Shown here piece by piece: positions 1 to 9,840 of a stretch of DNA of 32,000 nt. Each line of letters starts with the position of its first letter. Within the stretch, counting starts at the first letter, position 1. Source of the stretch: Candidatus Arthromitus sp. SFB-rat-Yit. Its GTDB lineage: Bacteria; Bacillota; Clostridia; Clostridiales; Clostridiaceae. A program made the position numbers and the translations under genes. The DNA lies in contig NC_016012.1 in NCBI RefSeq assembly GCF_000283555.1, positions 1,200,001 through 1,232,000 of the forward strand, read 5' to 3'. The notes below the pieces were generated by a model. That model was not told the DNA's origin, ran no database searches, and was given only the letters and a program-made list of their open reading frames with translations.

Positions 1-400
1 AAAACTCAACTCTATCATCTTTTGATAAAAAAACTTTAAGAGTTGACTTAATCCCATTATAAGTATGAGTAAAAATAGCATACCCAATACCATATATAAC
101 TTTATAATCATCCCCACACAAATCAAAAGGCTTATATGTAAATCCCCAAACATCCATTGTATCTTCATCTCTTATATAAAAGTACTTTCCAAAATCATCA
201 AGTATAGAATCTTGAACAAATCTTGTAATTCTATTTTCAATAGAATTTTTCCCCCAAGAATATCCCCCACCTGTTTGCGTTACCAAAATTGAGTATTTAC
301 CATTGCTTATTATATTGCTCCATGGTTTTGGAGTTCTTGGATTTGTTATTATATACTCATATCCATCATTTGAAAAATATCCATATTTACAGGAGAACAT
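1..400 (-). CDS. Partial glycoside phosphorylase / glycosyltransferase-36 family (GH94, cellobiose-phosphorylase-like), N-terminal part; continues beyond left edge
   Basis: Reverse strand from ATG at 400 is open to the edge: MFSCKYGYFSNDGYEYIITNPRTPKPWSNIISNGKYSILVTQTGGGYSWGKNSIENRITRFVQDSI... The 'NPRTPxPWxNxxxNxxY...xTxxGGGYSW' pattern is typical of GH94 N-termini. Not in the supplied ORF track because it is truncated. RBS-like GGAG upstream of the ATG. Confidence 0.8.
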   Translation of the reverse strand, partial: MFSCKYGYFSNDGYEYIITNPRTPKPWSNIISNGKYSILVTQTGGGYSWGKNSIENRITRFVQDSILDDFGKYFYIRDEDTMDVWGFTYKPFDLCGDDYKVIYGIGYAIFTHTYNGIKSTLKVFLSKDDRVEF

Positions 401-483
401 ACAAAAATACACTCCACTCTAAAATCATTTTAATCTATTATTACTATAACTTAATAATTATATTCTAATATTTAAAATAAAAA

Positions 484-504
484 AAGTAGGACAATATCCT
501 ACTT
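484..504 (-). terminator. Rho-independent terminator of the 503-1540 gene
   Basis: Reverse strand AAGTAGGA-TATTG-TCCTACTT followed by a T-run (TTTTTTTATTTT). Confidence 0.75.
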
Positions 505-1540
505 AACTATATAAAATCAATCCCGATACAACACTATTTTTATCCATATTTAACTTTATATTCTTAGAGAGTTTAAAATCTTTCGCATCATATATTTCTA
601 AATACTTATCAGATAATATAAAAATTTTATCATCTAATATATCAAATACCTTTATATTATAATCAAATTCTATTTTGTAACTCTTTAATGATTTCCTATC
701 AATTTTTATCACACTATCTTTATTTAAATCTTTGTTATCCCCTCTAACTGTAACATAAATACTATCTTCGTATAATAATATCTTATCTAAATTATTTCTA
801 ATAGTATTTATATAATCAAAACTTTTAGTGTATATATCGTAAATCCCGACTTTACCAGAATCAATCTTTGAATTAACATCATAATTTGTGAAATATATTT
901 TCCCTTCATAATAAAACATATCATTTTGATATAATCCAAATTTTGATAGATTAAATCTACTTATATTCTCCAAGCTATCCTTATTTAACACATTTAAGTA
1001 AGAATTTCCATTATTATTTCTACTAAAAATATATACATTTTCATCGTCAACATGTATTTTCCCAACCACATGATCGTCTATACTAACTGTCTTAACTATC
1101 TTTAGTGACTCTTTATTGCAAATGCTTAGTTTATTTAAAGAATGCGTTATGTAAATCTTATCATTATACATAAAAATCTTATAAATATCTTCAATATCTA
1201 AATCAATTTTTGTATATCCATTATTGTATTTATCAATTTGTATTAAGTAACTATCACCTTTTGTTGAAACTATATCATTTGATTTAGCATAAAAATATGA
1301 ATCATCAGACGGTACAAAATTTCCAAGATAACTTATTCCTTCAAGTGAAAATTTTATCCTACTGCCTTCATGACCTTCACTATCATATTGATTTATAAAA
1401 GATTCCTTCCTATCTTTATTAAAATTTACAATCCCAATATAATATCCGTGATTCAAATTACTTGCATACTCTACACTACATGATACAAAAAACATAAATA
1501 TCATGGAAATAATAAATATAGATTTGATAACATATCGCAT
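503..1540 (-). CDS. Predicted lipoprotein with beta-propeller-like/repetitive beta architecture, function unknown
   Basis: 345-aa ORF, N-terminal hydrophobic segment ending in a lipobox (MFFVSC); repeated 'DDKIFILSDKYLEIYD', 'EGKIYFTNYD', 'DENVYIFSR' segments; AGGAGG RBS just upstream. Confidence 0.75.
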   Translation of the reverse strand: MRYVIKSIFIISMIFMFFVSCSVEYASNLNHGYYIGIVNFNKDRKESFINQYDSEGHEGSRIKFSLEGISYLGNFVPSDDSYFYAKSNDIVSTKGDSYLIQIDKYNNGYTKIDLDIEDIYKIFMYNDKIYITHSLNKLSICNKESLKIVKTVSIDDHVVGKIHVDDENVYIFSRNNNGNSYLNVLNKDSLENISRFNLSKFGLYQNDMFYYEGKIYFTNYDVNSKIDSGKVGIYDIYTKSFDYINTIRNNLDKILLYEDSIYVTVRGDNKDLNKDSVIKIDRKSLKSYKIEFDYNIKVFDILDDKIFILSDKYLEIYDAKDFKLSKNIKLNMDKNSVVSGLILYS

Positions 1541-1549
1541 TTTTACCTC

Positions 1550-2383
1550 CTAATTCTTCATGATAGAGTACCTCTGTGTTGGTAAAATAATATTTTCTGA
1601 TAATAACCTGTCCATTATTAATTTCCTTAGTTCATTTTCTATATTCCAATGACTTAAAGGCTTTGCATATCCAACTACCCTATATGTTATAGCTACCTGA
1701 TCTGTTGAAATAATACCATAAATATAAGGTTTTACCGTTATATCATCGTGTGAATAATTATTCAAAACGTAATTTATATTTTCGCTTACAGCTTTTGACT
1801 TTTGAGATAATCCAACTTGTATATCTATTAAAATTCTTGAATCTTTTCTTGAGTGATTCGTAATCTGATTTATTGATCCATTCGGTATTATGTGATAATC
1901 ACCATTAAAATCTCTAAGCTTAGTTACTCGTACTTGTATACTATCTACTATTCCCTTAAACTCATTTGATCCTTTATTTATAGTAATATAATCACCAAAA
2001 GTAAACTGATTTTCAAAAGTTATAAACACCCCATTAAACAAATCTTTCAAAATATTTTGAGATGCAAATCCAAGTGCAACCCCAATAATACTTGTTAAAG
2101 TTACACCAACAGCTCCTACAAAATTTTGAATCAAAATTAAAACTAAAATAGTTATAAAAGAATATTTAACTATGCTAAGAACAAGTGTTTGAATCGTATG
2201 CAAACGTCCTTTATCAATTCTACTATTAAATATTTTTTTATTAAGTACACTTTTAAGCACTTTGCACACAATTTTATAAATAATATAAATCACTATAAAA
2301 CCAAATATTGAATCTAAAATTTTTATCCCAAGTTTTAAGGAAGAATCAACTATACTTTTAATAAAGTCTTCAAATACATTCAT
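1550..2383 (-). CDS. Small-conductance mechanosensitive ion channel (MscS family)
   Basis: Multiple TM helices followed by the MscS signature 'VGVTLTSIIGVALGFASQNILKDLFNGVFITFENQFTFGDYITI' and 'VTKLRDFNGDYHIIPNGSI'. Confidence 0.93.
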   Translation of the reverse strand: MNVFEDFIKSIVDSSLKLGIKILDSIFGFIVIYIIYKIVCKVLKSVLNKKIFNSRIDKGRLHTIQTLVLSIVKYSFITILVLILIQNFVGAVGVTLTSIIGVALGFASQNILKDLFNGVFITFENQFTFGDYITINKGSNEFKGIVDSIQVRVTKLRDFNGDYHIIPNGSINQITNHSRKDSRILIDIQVGLSQKSKAVSENINYVLNNYSHDDITVKPYIYGIISTDQVAITYRVVGYAKPLSHWNIENELRKLIMDRLLSENIILPTQRYSIMKN

Positions 2384-2735
2384 TGAGTAATCCCTTCTGT
2401 TTCATAAATAGTTTTCATTATTTAAATAAAATTGGGGAAATTTAAAAAAGAAATGCTTCACAAACTAATAGTAAATAATCCGGAATGAATATAAAAAATA
2501 AATATGAAGTTACGAATAATAAAGTAATATAAAATTTTTGATAATAATTTCATTTAAAGGATTTAAATAACATTCTTTTGATTATAACACAATTAAAAAT
2601 GTAAATCTACATAAAACTTTTTATTATTGTATTGAGTTTATATTTGATACGTTGTATTATTGTTAACATACTATTAATAATAAGTTTACTTTTTACATAG
2701 TTTACTTATTTTTTATAATTTCGGAGGAACTTATA

Positions 2736-5651
2736 ATGAATAAATTAAAGACAATATCTTCTATATCTTTAGGTGTTGCTGTATTGTCACTTTCATTGCC
2801 AAACAGCTTTGAGACCTCAGCACTTTCAAACAGTTTATATACATTGACAGAAGAAGATTACGAAATATACTATCTAAACAATACTCTTACTTTAGCTTTT
2901 GATAATGCTACTATTCATAACAATGTAACCGATATAGAACTTAAAGATAAAAATGGTAGATACTTGAGCTTTGATAAAAATTCAGAAGACTTTACACTAG
3001 AACTTAATAATGGTTTAAATAACGGAATTTATTACTTAGTATTTTCACTCAAAACATCTAATTCTCAAATAAAAGAATTAATTTCACCTATATATATAAA
3101 TTTTTCACAAACATCAAGCAAAAATTTATCTGTCACTTCATTAAATCCTATAGTAAGTATCACAAATATTAATGGAGTTAATAAATTAAATGCTAGATTT
3201 ACAGTTCTTAATACACAAGAAAAAATTCATGATGCTAGAATCTTAGACTCCAATTTATCCGAAATTGGTTATTTAGAAAACGCATCTAATCCAAGAAACT
3301 ATGTATTTAATTTGGGATCAAATACTCCTAAAGTAGATGAAATCTATTATATAGAATATACTTTGGAAGATTTAAACAATGAAATATATACGGTTAAAGT
3401 TCCATTTACACATTCATCGAACTCAGTGCAACTTAATCAAACAAACACAAACGCATTCACTTATACTTCATATGAAAATTCAAATAAAACAATAGATCTT
3501 ACACTGGATTTCAAAGGTATTGATAATAAAAATGTTACTTTAACTCAAGTTAATAATTATGGAGTTGTAATTCTTCCTTCTTATGATAATAACGGACGTA
3601 TAGTTTTAAAAAATATAGAAAAAGGTACAATGATACAAGCAAATATTAAAAATCTAGATGGAAAATATACAGATTTAATCTTTAAAGTTCCAGATAAAAC
3701 ACAAACAACTGAATCAGTTATACCTTTTTTAAGATTTGTAAACGCACCATCATTAATACTGAAAAGAGGAACTAAAATTTCTCTTCCTCTTATAAAAGAT
3801 GACTTAATAAGTGCTGGACTTACAACTCCAAATACTTATTTGAAATTTGTTACTATAGATAATTTTGGAACAGAAACTGATTTAACAGATGAAGTTCGGG
3901 TTTCTACATCAATGGATAAAATAGACGTTCCAGTAAATACAAACATAGAAACATTATCTCAAGGTTCTCAGGTATATGTTAAGGTTTATAATCCTACAAA
4001 ATCTTATTTATTCCCATTTAGTACTTCAAATACAGTTGAAACTACAAAATCATCAGCTTTCGATGTTATAAAAAGTAGTACAAACCTTGATTCTGTTTCA
4101 TTAACATTTAGACCGAACAGTAACATCTTAGGAAATAATGAAACTTTCTCTAATAACGATATTCTTATTTTAAATGACTCAATTCAAGCAACACTTTCTC
4201 CAGACAAGAAAACTTTCTCTATTAATACAAAAGTAAACAATCTTATAAATGGTGTTAACACTTATACATTTATCAGAAACTCTTCAAGTGGTAACGCAAA
4301 ATATGTAACTGGTGAATTTTTAGCACTCTTCAACTCATCATCAAATGATATATCTCCAGCAATAACAGACTTTAATATTAAAACAAATAATAGCTCTAGT
4401 CTTATATTTAATTTAACTTTAAATCAGGATTTAGTTAACTCAGGTATTACTAAAAATTCAATCAAAATTTATGATGAGTTCGGAACTAGTATAAATATGA
4501 AAACAAACTTAAAGCAAAATGGAACTAAAAAATATTATGAGTTAATAATCGATCCTCCAAGTCAGCTCGTACCAAATAGATATTATACAATTGAATTTTC
4601 AAATGGATTAAATTCATTTGAATCAAACTTTATATACAATAACAATACAACTTATAATCCAAGAATAGATTTATCATTCAACAGTGCATCATCATTTACC
4701 CTTAAAAATTTAAATAGCATACCTGGATACTCAAATTATGAATTTAATATAAGAATTACAGATTACTATAACAAAAATAATGTTTTCTATGAAAACTTCA
4801 CACAAAGTTATTATGGAGAAAAATTAAACCAAAATTCTATTACTAGAAATTTAAATAATGGAAAATCCTTTTATAATGGTGATAGATACTTATTAGAAAT
4901 TTCAAATATCACAACTGGTGATACCTATAAAACTGATTTTACTTTTAGAGATAGTGATATAATAAACAGCGGTACAAATTCATCTCAAATAAATATTTCT
5001 TCAAGCTCTATTATAAATACAGACGATAAGATTTCATTCTCATACTTAATTCCAAATAATAAATCAATAGCAACTGTAATTACAAATACTCATGGAATAA
5101 CAGGAGATTACTCAAATAACAGAATAACTTTAGATGGAATAATTCCAAATAAAATTTACACAAACTTAAGGGTAACTGTTAACTTTAAAGATGGAACTAA
5201 CCAAAGTATAATTTTAAGCGAATTTAAAACTAATAAATCGTCAGATGAACTTAAAAATTATATATCAAAAGTTTATACAACTGCTTTAACTCCTATAAAT
5301 GAAACAAATAAATACAGAATCAGATATGCAGATGAAGAAGGTTTCAAATATTGGTACGATATGCTATATAACAAAAAAATGTCTGGACCAGAATTTATTT
5401 ATAGAGTACTAGATAGTGCTGAATTTAATAAAATCCATACCTCACCTCAAAATAAAATAAGAGCACTTTATCCCATAGTTACAAATAGAGAAGGGGATAA
5501 TAATGGAATAACTTATTGGATTAATGAACTAAACCAATATTCCTCATCTTTAAACAGCGAAAAACTTATATTAGAGATTATATTAACTAGAATGCTAAAT
5601 GAAGATGAGCCAAAAAGATTATTTCAAAGTTTAGGAATAAGATTAAGCTAA
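2736..5651 (+). CDS. Secreted surface protein with Ig/FN3-like repeats and C-terminal DUF4214-like module
   Basis: 971 aa; signal peptide MNKLKTISSISLGVAVLSLSLPNSFETSALS; repeated beta-domain-like sequence; C-terminal 'YADEEGFKYWYDMLYNKKMSGPEFIYRVLDSAEF...NREGDNNGITYWINEL...ILTRMLNEDEPKRLFQSLGIRLS'. RBS GGAGGA upstream. Confidence 0.85.
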   Translation: MNKLKTISSISLGVAVLSLSLPNSFETSALSNSLYTLTEEDYEIYYLNNTLTLAFDNATIHNNVTDIELKDKNGRYLSFDKNSEDFTLELNNGLNNGIYYLVFSLKTSNSQIKELISPIYINFSQTSSKNLSVTSLNPIVSITNINGVNKLNARFTVLNTQEKIHDARILDSNLSEIGYLENASNPRNYVFNLGSNTPKVDEIYYIEYTLEDLNNEIYTVKVPFTHSSNSVQLNQTNTNAFTYTSYENSNKTIDLTLDFKGIDNKNVTLTQVNNYGVVILPSYDNNGRIVLKNIEKGTMIQANIKNLDGKYTDLIFKVPDKTQTTESVIPFLRFVNAPSLILKRGTKISLPLIKDDLISAGLTTPNTYLKFVTIDNFGTETDLTDEVRVSTSMDKIDVPVNTNIETLSQGSQVYVKVYNPTKSYLFPFSTSNTVETTKSSAFDVIKSSTNLDSVSLTFRPNSNILGNNETFSNNDILILNDSIQATLSPDKKTFSINTKVNNLINGVNTYTFIRNSSSGNAKYVTGEFLALFNSSSNDISPAITDFNIKTNNSSSLIFNLTLNQDLVNSGITKNSIKIYDEFGTSINMKTNLKQNGTKKYYELIIDPPSQLVPNRYYTIEFSNGLNSFESNFIYNNNTTYNPRIDLSFNSASSFTLKNLNSIPGYSNYEFNIRITDYYNKNNVFYENFTQSYYGEKLNQNSITRNLNNGKSFYNGDRYLLEISNITTGDTYKTDFTFRDSDIINSGTNSSQINISSSSIINTDDKISFSYLIPNNKSIATVITNTHGITGDYSNNRITLDGIIPNKIYTNLRVTVNFKDGTNQSIILSEFKTNKSSDELKNYISKVYTTALTPINETNKYRIRYADEEGFKYWYDMLYNKKMSGPEFIYRVLDSAEFNKIHTSPQNKIRALYPIVTNREGDNNGITYWINELNQYSSSLNSEKLILEIILTRMLNEDEPKRLFQSLGIRLS

Positions 5652-5687
5652 ATCACTCACCCTACAATTAGATTGTGGGGTGATTTT
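5652..5687 (+). terminator. Rho-independent terminator of the 971-aa surface protein gene
   Basis: Imperfect hairpin TCACCCTACAAT-tag-ATTGTGGGGTGA followed by TTTTT. Confidence 0.8.
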
Positions 5688-6078
5688 TATATTAAAATTA
5701 TTAATTTATTTATTTATCACATTTAGCAATTGCCTGATTCCTCTTAAACATGCTCTTCCTATAAATACACACAATAACTTATCAAACTTAGACTCTTTTT
5801 ACCTATCAAACATTTGTATATATGGAAATAATTCAATTTTTTTTGATATCCCAAAAAATCTTAAATTTTCATATTTAAATGTAATCTCATTCTCTTCTCC
5901 TTCAGGAAAACAACTAATATATACAATTCCTCAATTAATAAACATAACTTCATCTCCCGTTTATGTGATGCTAAAAAAACCTCTAACTGAAACAGGAATC
6001 TATAAAATAACATTCTCAGGAAAAGACGAAATAACAAATAATCAAATTGAATTAATGGGAAGCTTCACATTTAGATAA
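5680..6078 (+). pseudogene. Small ORF (132 aa), possibly the decayed remnant of a surface-protein-like gene; could alternatively be a real small secreted protein
   Basis: Start lies in the T-tract of the preceding terminator and has no clear RBS, but the C-terminal half (GKQLIYTIPQLINITSSPVYVMLKKPLTETGIYKITFSGKDEITNNQIELMGSFTFR) looks coding, resembles the N-terminal Ig-like domain of the 971-aa neighbour, and is followed directly by a terminator. Confidence 0.35.
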
Positions 6079-6084
6079 AAAATA

Positions 6085-6114
6085 AAGAATGCATATTACT
6101 ATGCATTCTTTTTT
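6085..6114. terminator. Bidirectional rho-independent terminator between the 5680 ORF and argS
   Basis: AAGAATGCATA-ttac-TATGCATTCTT with T-run on the + side and A-rich flank giving a T-rich tail on the - side. Confidence 0.85.
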
Positions 6115-7807
6115 ACATTTCATCAACAGTTTCAATACCTATTAAATATAAAGCATTTTTAATTACAATCGTTGTTGCATAAACCAAAATAAGCCTTGCA
6201 ATTTTTAAATCCTTATCCTCAAGGTTCAAAATATGATTGGAATTATAAAATTTATTAAATGCTTTTGATATATCAATTACATATCTCGTTATAATCGATG
6301 ACTCTAAATAAGATATAGCCAATTTAATATTATTATTAAAATCACTAAGAACCTTAATTAAATTACTTTCATTTTCATGTGTAAGAAGGCCTAAATATTT
6401 TTCAAAATCTATATCCAAAATATTAATTCCACTCTTTTTTAAAATGGACTTCCCTCTCGCAAAAGTATATTGAACATAAGGACCAGTTTCTCCCTCAAAA
6501 GATAAAACATCATCAAAATCAAATATGATATCTCTCTCTCTATTCATTTTTAAATATGTAAATACTATGGCTCCAATACCAACTTTCTTTGAAACCTCAT
6601 CTTTATTTAAAAGATTAGGATTCTTCTCATCAATTACACTTCTTATCTTATCTACAGACATATTTAGAAGATCCTCAAGAAGAATAACTTCTCCTTTTCT
6701 TGTTGAAAGTTTTTTATCCTTAAACTTCACAAGACCAAATCCAACATGAACACAATCCTTTGCCCACTCATATCCCATAAGCTCAATAGTTTTAAACACT
6801 TGCTTAAAATGAAGTGCCTGAGGAGTCCCTGCTACATATATATTCTTATAAAAATCATACGTTTTCTTCCTATATAATAAAGATGCTAAATCTCTCGTTG
6901 CATAAATTGTTGCACCATCTGCTTTTTTAATAATGCATGGAGGCATATTATACTCATCGAGTCTAACAACCTTAGCTCCAAGCGAATCACTCAAAAGACT
7001 TTTCTCCTCAAGCTCGCAAACTACCTCATCCGTCTTATCAGAAAAAAATGCCTCTCCATCATAAGAATCAAACTTAACCCCTAAAGTTTTATACAATTTT
7101 TCAAACTCTAAAAGGCTAAGATCCCTAAACTTTTTCCAAAGTTCTCTACACTCTTTATCCCCATCTTCAAGCATTTTAAAATACTTTCTTCCTTCATCTT
7201 CAATCGATGGATCATTTTCCGCCTCATTATGGAATTTTACATATATTCTAAATAGTTCATTTATGGGACTCTTTTCAAGTTCATCAAGGTTAACCCATCT
7301 TTTATATGCATAAATAAGCTTACCAAATTGAGTTCCCCAATCCCCTAAATAATTAATTCCAACAACATTATACCCTTGAAATTTATGTAATCTATATAAA
7401 GAATTTCCTACAACAGTTGTAAATAAATGCCCTATATGAAATGGTTTTGCAATATTTGGTGAAGAATAATCAATAACTATAGTCTTGCCTTCACCATAGT
7501 TTGATCTTCCATAATCATCTTTTAATTTTAATATAGTATTTAAAACACTTTTTGAAAAAATAGACTTATCTATGAAAAAATTTAAATATGCTCCAATAGT
7601 TTCAACTTTTTCAATACTCTCATGAGATATTTTTAATTTTAAATCCTCGGCAATAATTTGGGGAGATTTTTTAAGTTCCTTTGCAAGTTTAAAACACGGA
7701 AATGCAAAATCACCCATATTTTTATCAGGAGGTATCTCTATAAAATTATAAACATTTATCCCAATTATCTCTTCTATTAAATCACTTATAATTCTTTTAT
7801 AATCCAC
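6113..7807 (-). CDS. argS: Arginyl-tRNA synthetase
   Basis: '[52 protein letters not shown]', '[19 protein letters not shown]', C-terminal DALR-type domain. The track start is 7840; a GTG start at 7807 preceded by GGAAGGGGAAATA is more likely. Confidence 0.96.
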   Translation of the reverse strand: MDYKRIISDLIEEIIGINVYNFIEIPPDKNMGDFAFPCFKLAKELKKSPQIIAEDLKLKISHESIEKVETIGAYLNFFIDKSIFSKSVLNTILKLKDDYGRSNYGEGKTIVIDYSSPNIAKPFHIGHLFTTVVGNSLYRLHKFQGYNVVGINYLGDWGTQFGKLIYAYKRWVNLDELEKSPINELFRIYVKFHNEAENDPSIEDEGRKYFKMLEDGDKECRELWKKFRDLSLLEFEKLYKTLGVKFDSYDGEAFFSDKTDEVVCELEEKSLLSDSLGAKVVRLDEYNMPPCIIKKADGATIYATRDLASLLYRKKTYDFYKNIYVAGTPQALHFKQVFKTIELMGYEWAKDCVHVGFGLVKFKDKKLSTRKGEVILLEDLLNMSVDKIRSVIDEKNPNLLNKDEVSKKVGIGAIVFTYLKMNRERDIIFDFDDVLSFEGETGPYVQYTFARGKSILKKSGINILDIDFEKYLGLLTHENESNLIKVLSDFNNNIKLAISYLESSIITRYVIDISKAFNKFYNSNHILNLEDKDLKIARLILVYATTIVIKNALYLIGIETVDEM

Positions 7808-7808
7808 A

Positions 7809-8453
7809 CTATTTTCCCCTTCCTTTATATTTTGAAACAAGATGCATTATCTTCATTCCCTTATTTATAAATTTTTCCTCATACTCCGTCATAATATTTT
7901 TTATATTCTCACTATGTAAATCAAAAGTTTTATATATAATCTCAAAATCATTCTCTTCTAGATATTCTATTGAAGCTAAAAAAAACTCCTCATGATCAGT
8001 TTTAAGTATTATCTTAGAATCATCTTTCATTATTTTAATATACTTTTGTAAAAATCTAGGATAAGTTAACCTTCTTTTATTGTGTCTAGCCTTTGGCCAT
8101 GGTGTTGAAAAATTTAAATATATATCCAAAACTTCATTTTCTTCAAACACTTCATCTATGTAATTAATATCAAACGATAAAATTCTTACGTTGTTTAAAT
8201 TTAATTCCTCACATTTACGTTTGACATAAACTAAAACCTCATCCTTCAAATCCACAGCAACAAAATTTTTATCCATATTCTCTTTTGCAATATTTTCTAT
8301 AAATTTTCCTTTACCGCATCCAAGCTCTAAACAAATATCATTTTTATTTCCAAACAACTCATGAAATCTTCCTTTAAATTCTCTCGGATTTTTTATAAAC
8401 AAATTACTCTCCAAAAGTTCTGGACGTGCCCAAGCTTTCCTTCTCAATCTCAT
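7809..8453 (-). CDS. trmB: tRNA (guanine-N7-)-methyltransferase
   Basis: '[37 protein letters not shown]', '[25 protein letters not shown]', '[10 protein letters not shown]'. Confidence 0.95.
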   Translation of the reverse strand: MRLRRKAWARPELLESNLFIKNPREFKGRFHELFGNKNDICLELGCGKGKFIENIAKENMDKNFVAVDLKDEVLVYVKRKCEELNLNNVRILSFDINYIDEVFEENEVLDIYLNFSTPWPKARHNKRRLTYPRFLQKYIKIMKDDSKIILKTDHEEFFLASIEYLEENDFEIIYKTFDLHSENIKNIMTEYEEKFINKGMKIMHLVSKYKGRGK

Positions 8454-8582
8454 CTTATCTACCTCAAATAAAGAAATACTCTTAACAATTAATTATTTTA
8501 TCATATAAAATATAAAATTTGACATTATTTGAAATATTTTTTATAATTAATCATCTAATTTTAGCGTATTGGGGAGTTTCAT

Positions 8583-9344
8583 ATGAGCTTAAACAATATA
8601 TTTAACGCAGATATTTATGAATTTGAAACAATTTCATCAACTAACGACTTCGCAAAGCAATTATGTACGAATAGCCCAAAGAATGGAACAATTATCATCT
8701 CAAACGAGCAGACAAAAGGAAAAGGTCGTTTAGGAAATACATGGTCTTCAAAAAAAGATAAAGGTTTATATTTCTCCATAATTTTTAAATGCATCAATAT
8801 AAAGTCAAATTATGAAACTCTAACCCTTATGATATCCCTTGCAATTTCTGATCTCCTCAAAACCTACTCATTAAATCCTAAAATTAAATGGCCAAATGAT
8901 ATATTGATAGATGATAAAAAAGTATGTGGCATACTCTGTGAGCTTAAACAAAATTCGCATGAAAACTTTATCATATGTGGTATAGGCATAAATCTATATC
9001 ATGATATATCAGACTTTGATGAAAGTATAATAAATAAAGCAACAAGCATTATTTTAAATACAAACATAAAAATAATAAAATATGAGTTTATAAACAATTT
9101 AATTTCTCATCTTCACACCTACTACAATAATTTTATAAACTTATCTTTTAAACCATTTTTAGATAAATATATAAGTCTGTCATCTATTTTAAATAAAGAG
9201 GTTTGTTTAAAAATAAATGGAATTGACGTGTCTGGAATTGTCGATGGATTTGATGAATTTGGTCATTTATTATTAAAAAGGGAAAATAAAATAATTAAAG
9301 TATCATCCGGAGAAGTAACCCTTAAAAATACATATAAAAAATAA
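8583..9344 (+). CDS. birA: Biotin--[acetyl-CoA-carboxylase] ligase (short form without N-terminal HTH)
   Basis: 'ISSTNDFAKQL', 'NEQTKGKGRLGNTWSSKKDKGLYFSIIF', 'KWPNDILIDDKKVCGILCE', 'IICGIGINLY'. Confidence 0.93.
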   Translation: MSLNNIFNADIYEFETISSTNDFAKQLCTNSPKNGTIIISNEQTKGKGRLGNTWSSKKDKGLYFSIIFKCINIKSNYETLTLMISLAISDLLKTYSLNPKIKWPNDILIDDKKVCGILCELKQNSHENFIICGIGINLYHDISDFDESIINKATSIILNTNIKIIKYEFINNLISHLHTYYNNFINLSFKPFLDKYISLSSILNKEVCLKINGIDVSGIVDGFDEFGHLLLKRENKIIKVSSGEVTLKNTYKK

Positions 9345-9369
9345 AGGAGCAATTATTGCTCCTTTTTAA
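9343..9369. terminator. Shared bidirectional terminator between convergent birA and the 9353 gene
   Basis: AAAGGAGCAA-TTA-TTGCTCCTTTTT; the loop TTA is the stop codon of the minus-strand gene and the birA stop abuts the stem. Confidence 0.85.
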
Positions 9370-9805
9370 TTTCTTTCTCTTTACACTTTCCTCTATATTT
9401 AAATTCACTATCTAAAATATTTTTAATTTCCTCTTTAGATTTAGCAGAATTTATTTTTTCCTTTGTTCCCTTAATTTTAGAAATTTTCTCCTCTAATCTC
9501 TTAACCTTATCATTATCATTTTCACTTTTATATTTTTCAATCTCTTTCTCAATAAATGAAATCTTACTATCTAAATGAGCTAAAACATTCTTCTTAGCCT
9601 CATCAAAACTACCATCCTCTAAAAGTTTAATCATAGATTCTTTATGTTTATTGATCATCTTCTTACCATTTAAACACTGCGGACACTCTCTAGATATTTT
9701 TTTATCCATCCCCATTCCTGTAACTGATTGACCTTGAATCACTCCTGCTATAAAAACTAAAACACATCCTAAAATCAAAATAAAATTTTTAATTTTGTTT
9801 TTCAT
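9353..9805 (-). CDS. Membrane-anchored/secreted coiled-coil protein with CPQC motif, unknown function
   Basis: Hydrophobic N-terminus (MKNKIKNFILILGCVLVFIAGVIQG), ECPQC, charged helical C-terminus. The track start is 9823; ATG at 9805 has a GGAGAG RBS. Confidence 0.7.
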   Translation of the reverse strand: MKNKIKNFILILGCVLVFIAGVIQGQSVTGMGMDKKISRECPQCLNGKKMINKHKESMIKLLEDGSFDEAKKNVLAHLDSKISFIEKEIEKYKSENDNDKVKRLEEKISKIKGTKEKINSAKSKEEIKNILDSEFKYRGKCKEKEIKKEQ

Positions 9806-9840
9806 GTTAACTCTCCTTATCATTTTTATTTATTTAAAAT

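Noticed and set aside
65-292. 75-aa + strand ORF
   Set aside because: Antisense to the better supported GH94-type partial CDS on the minus strand; no RBS.
6525-6749. + strand ORF within argS
   Set aside because: Antisense shadow ORF of a clearly identified gene.
7841-8600. Possible T-box leader upstream of argS
   Set aside because: The region directly upstream of argS is the trmB coding sequence; no T-box consensus (TGGNACCGCG) visible.
8615-8797. - strand ORF within birA
   Set aside because: Antisense shadow ORF of a clearly identified gene.
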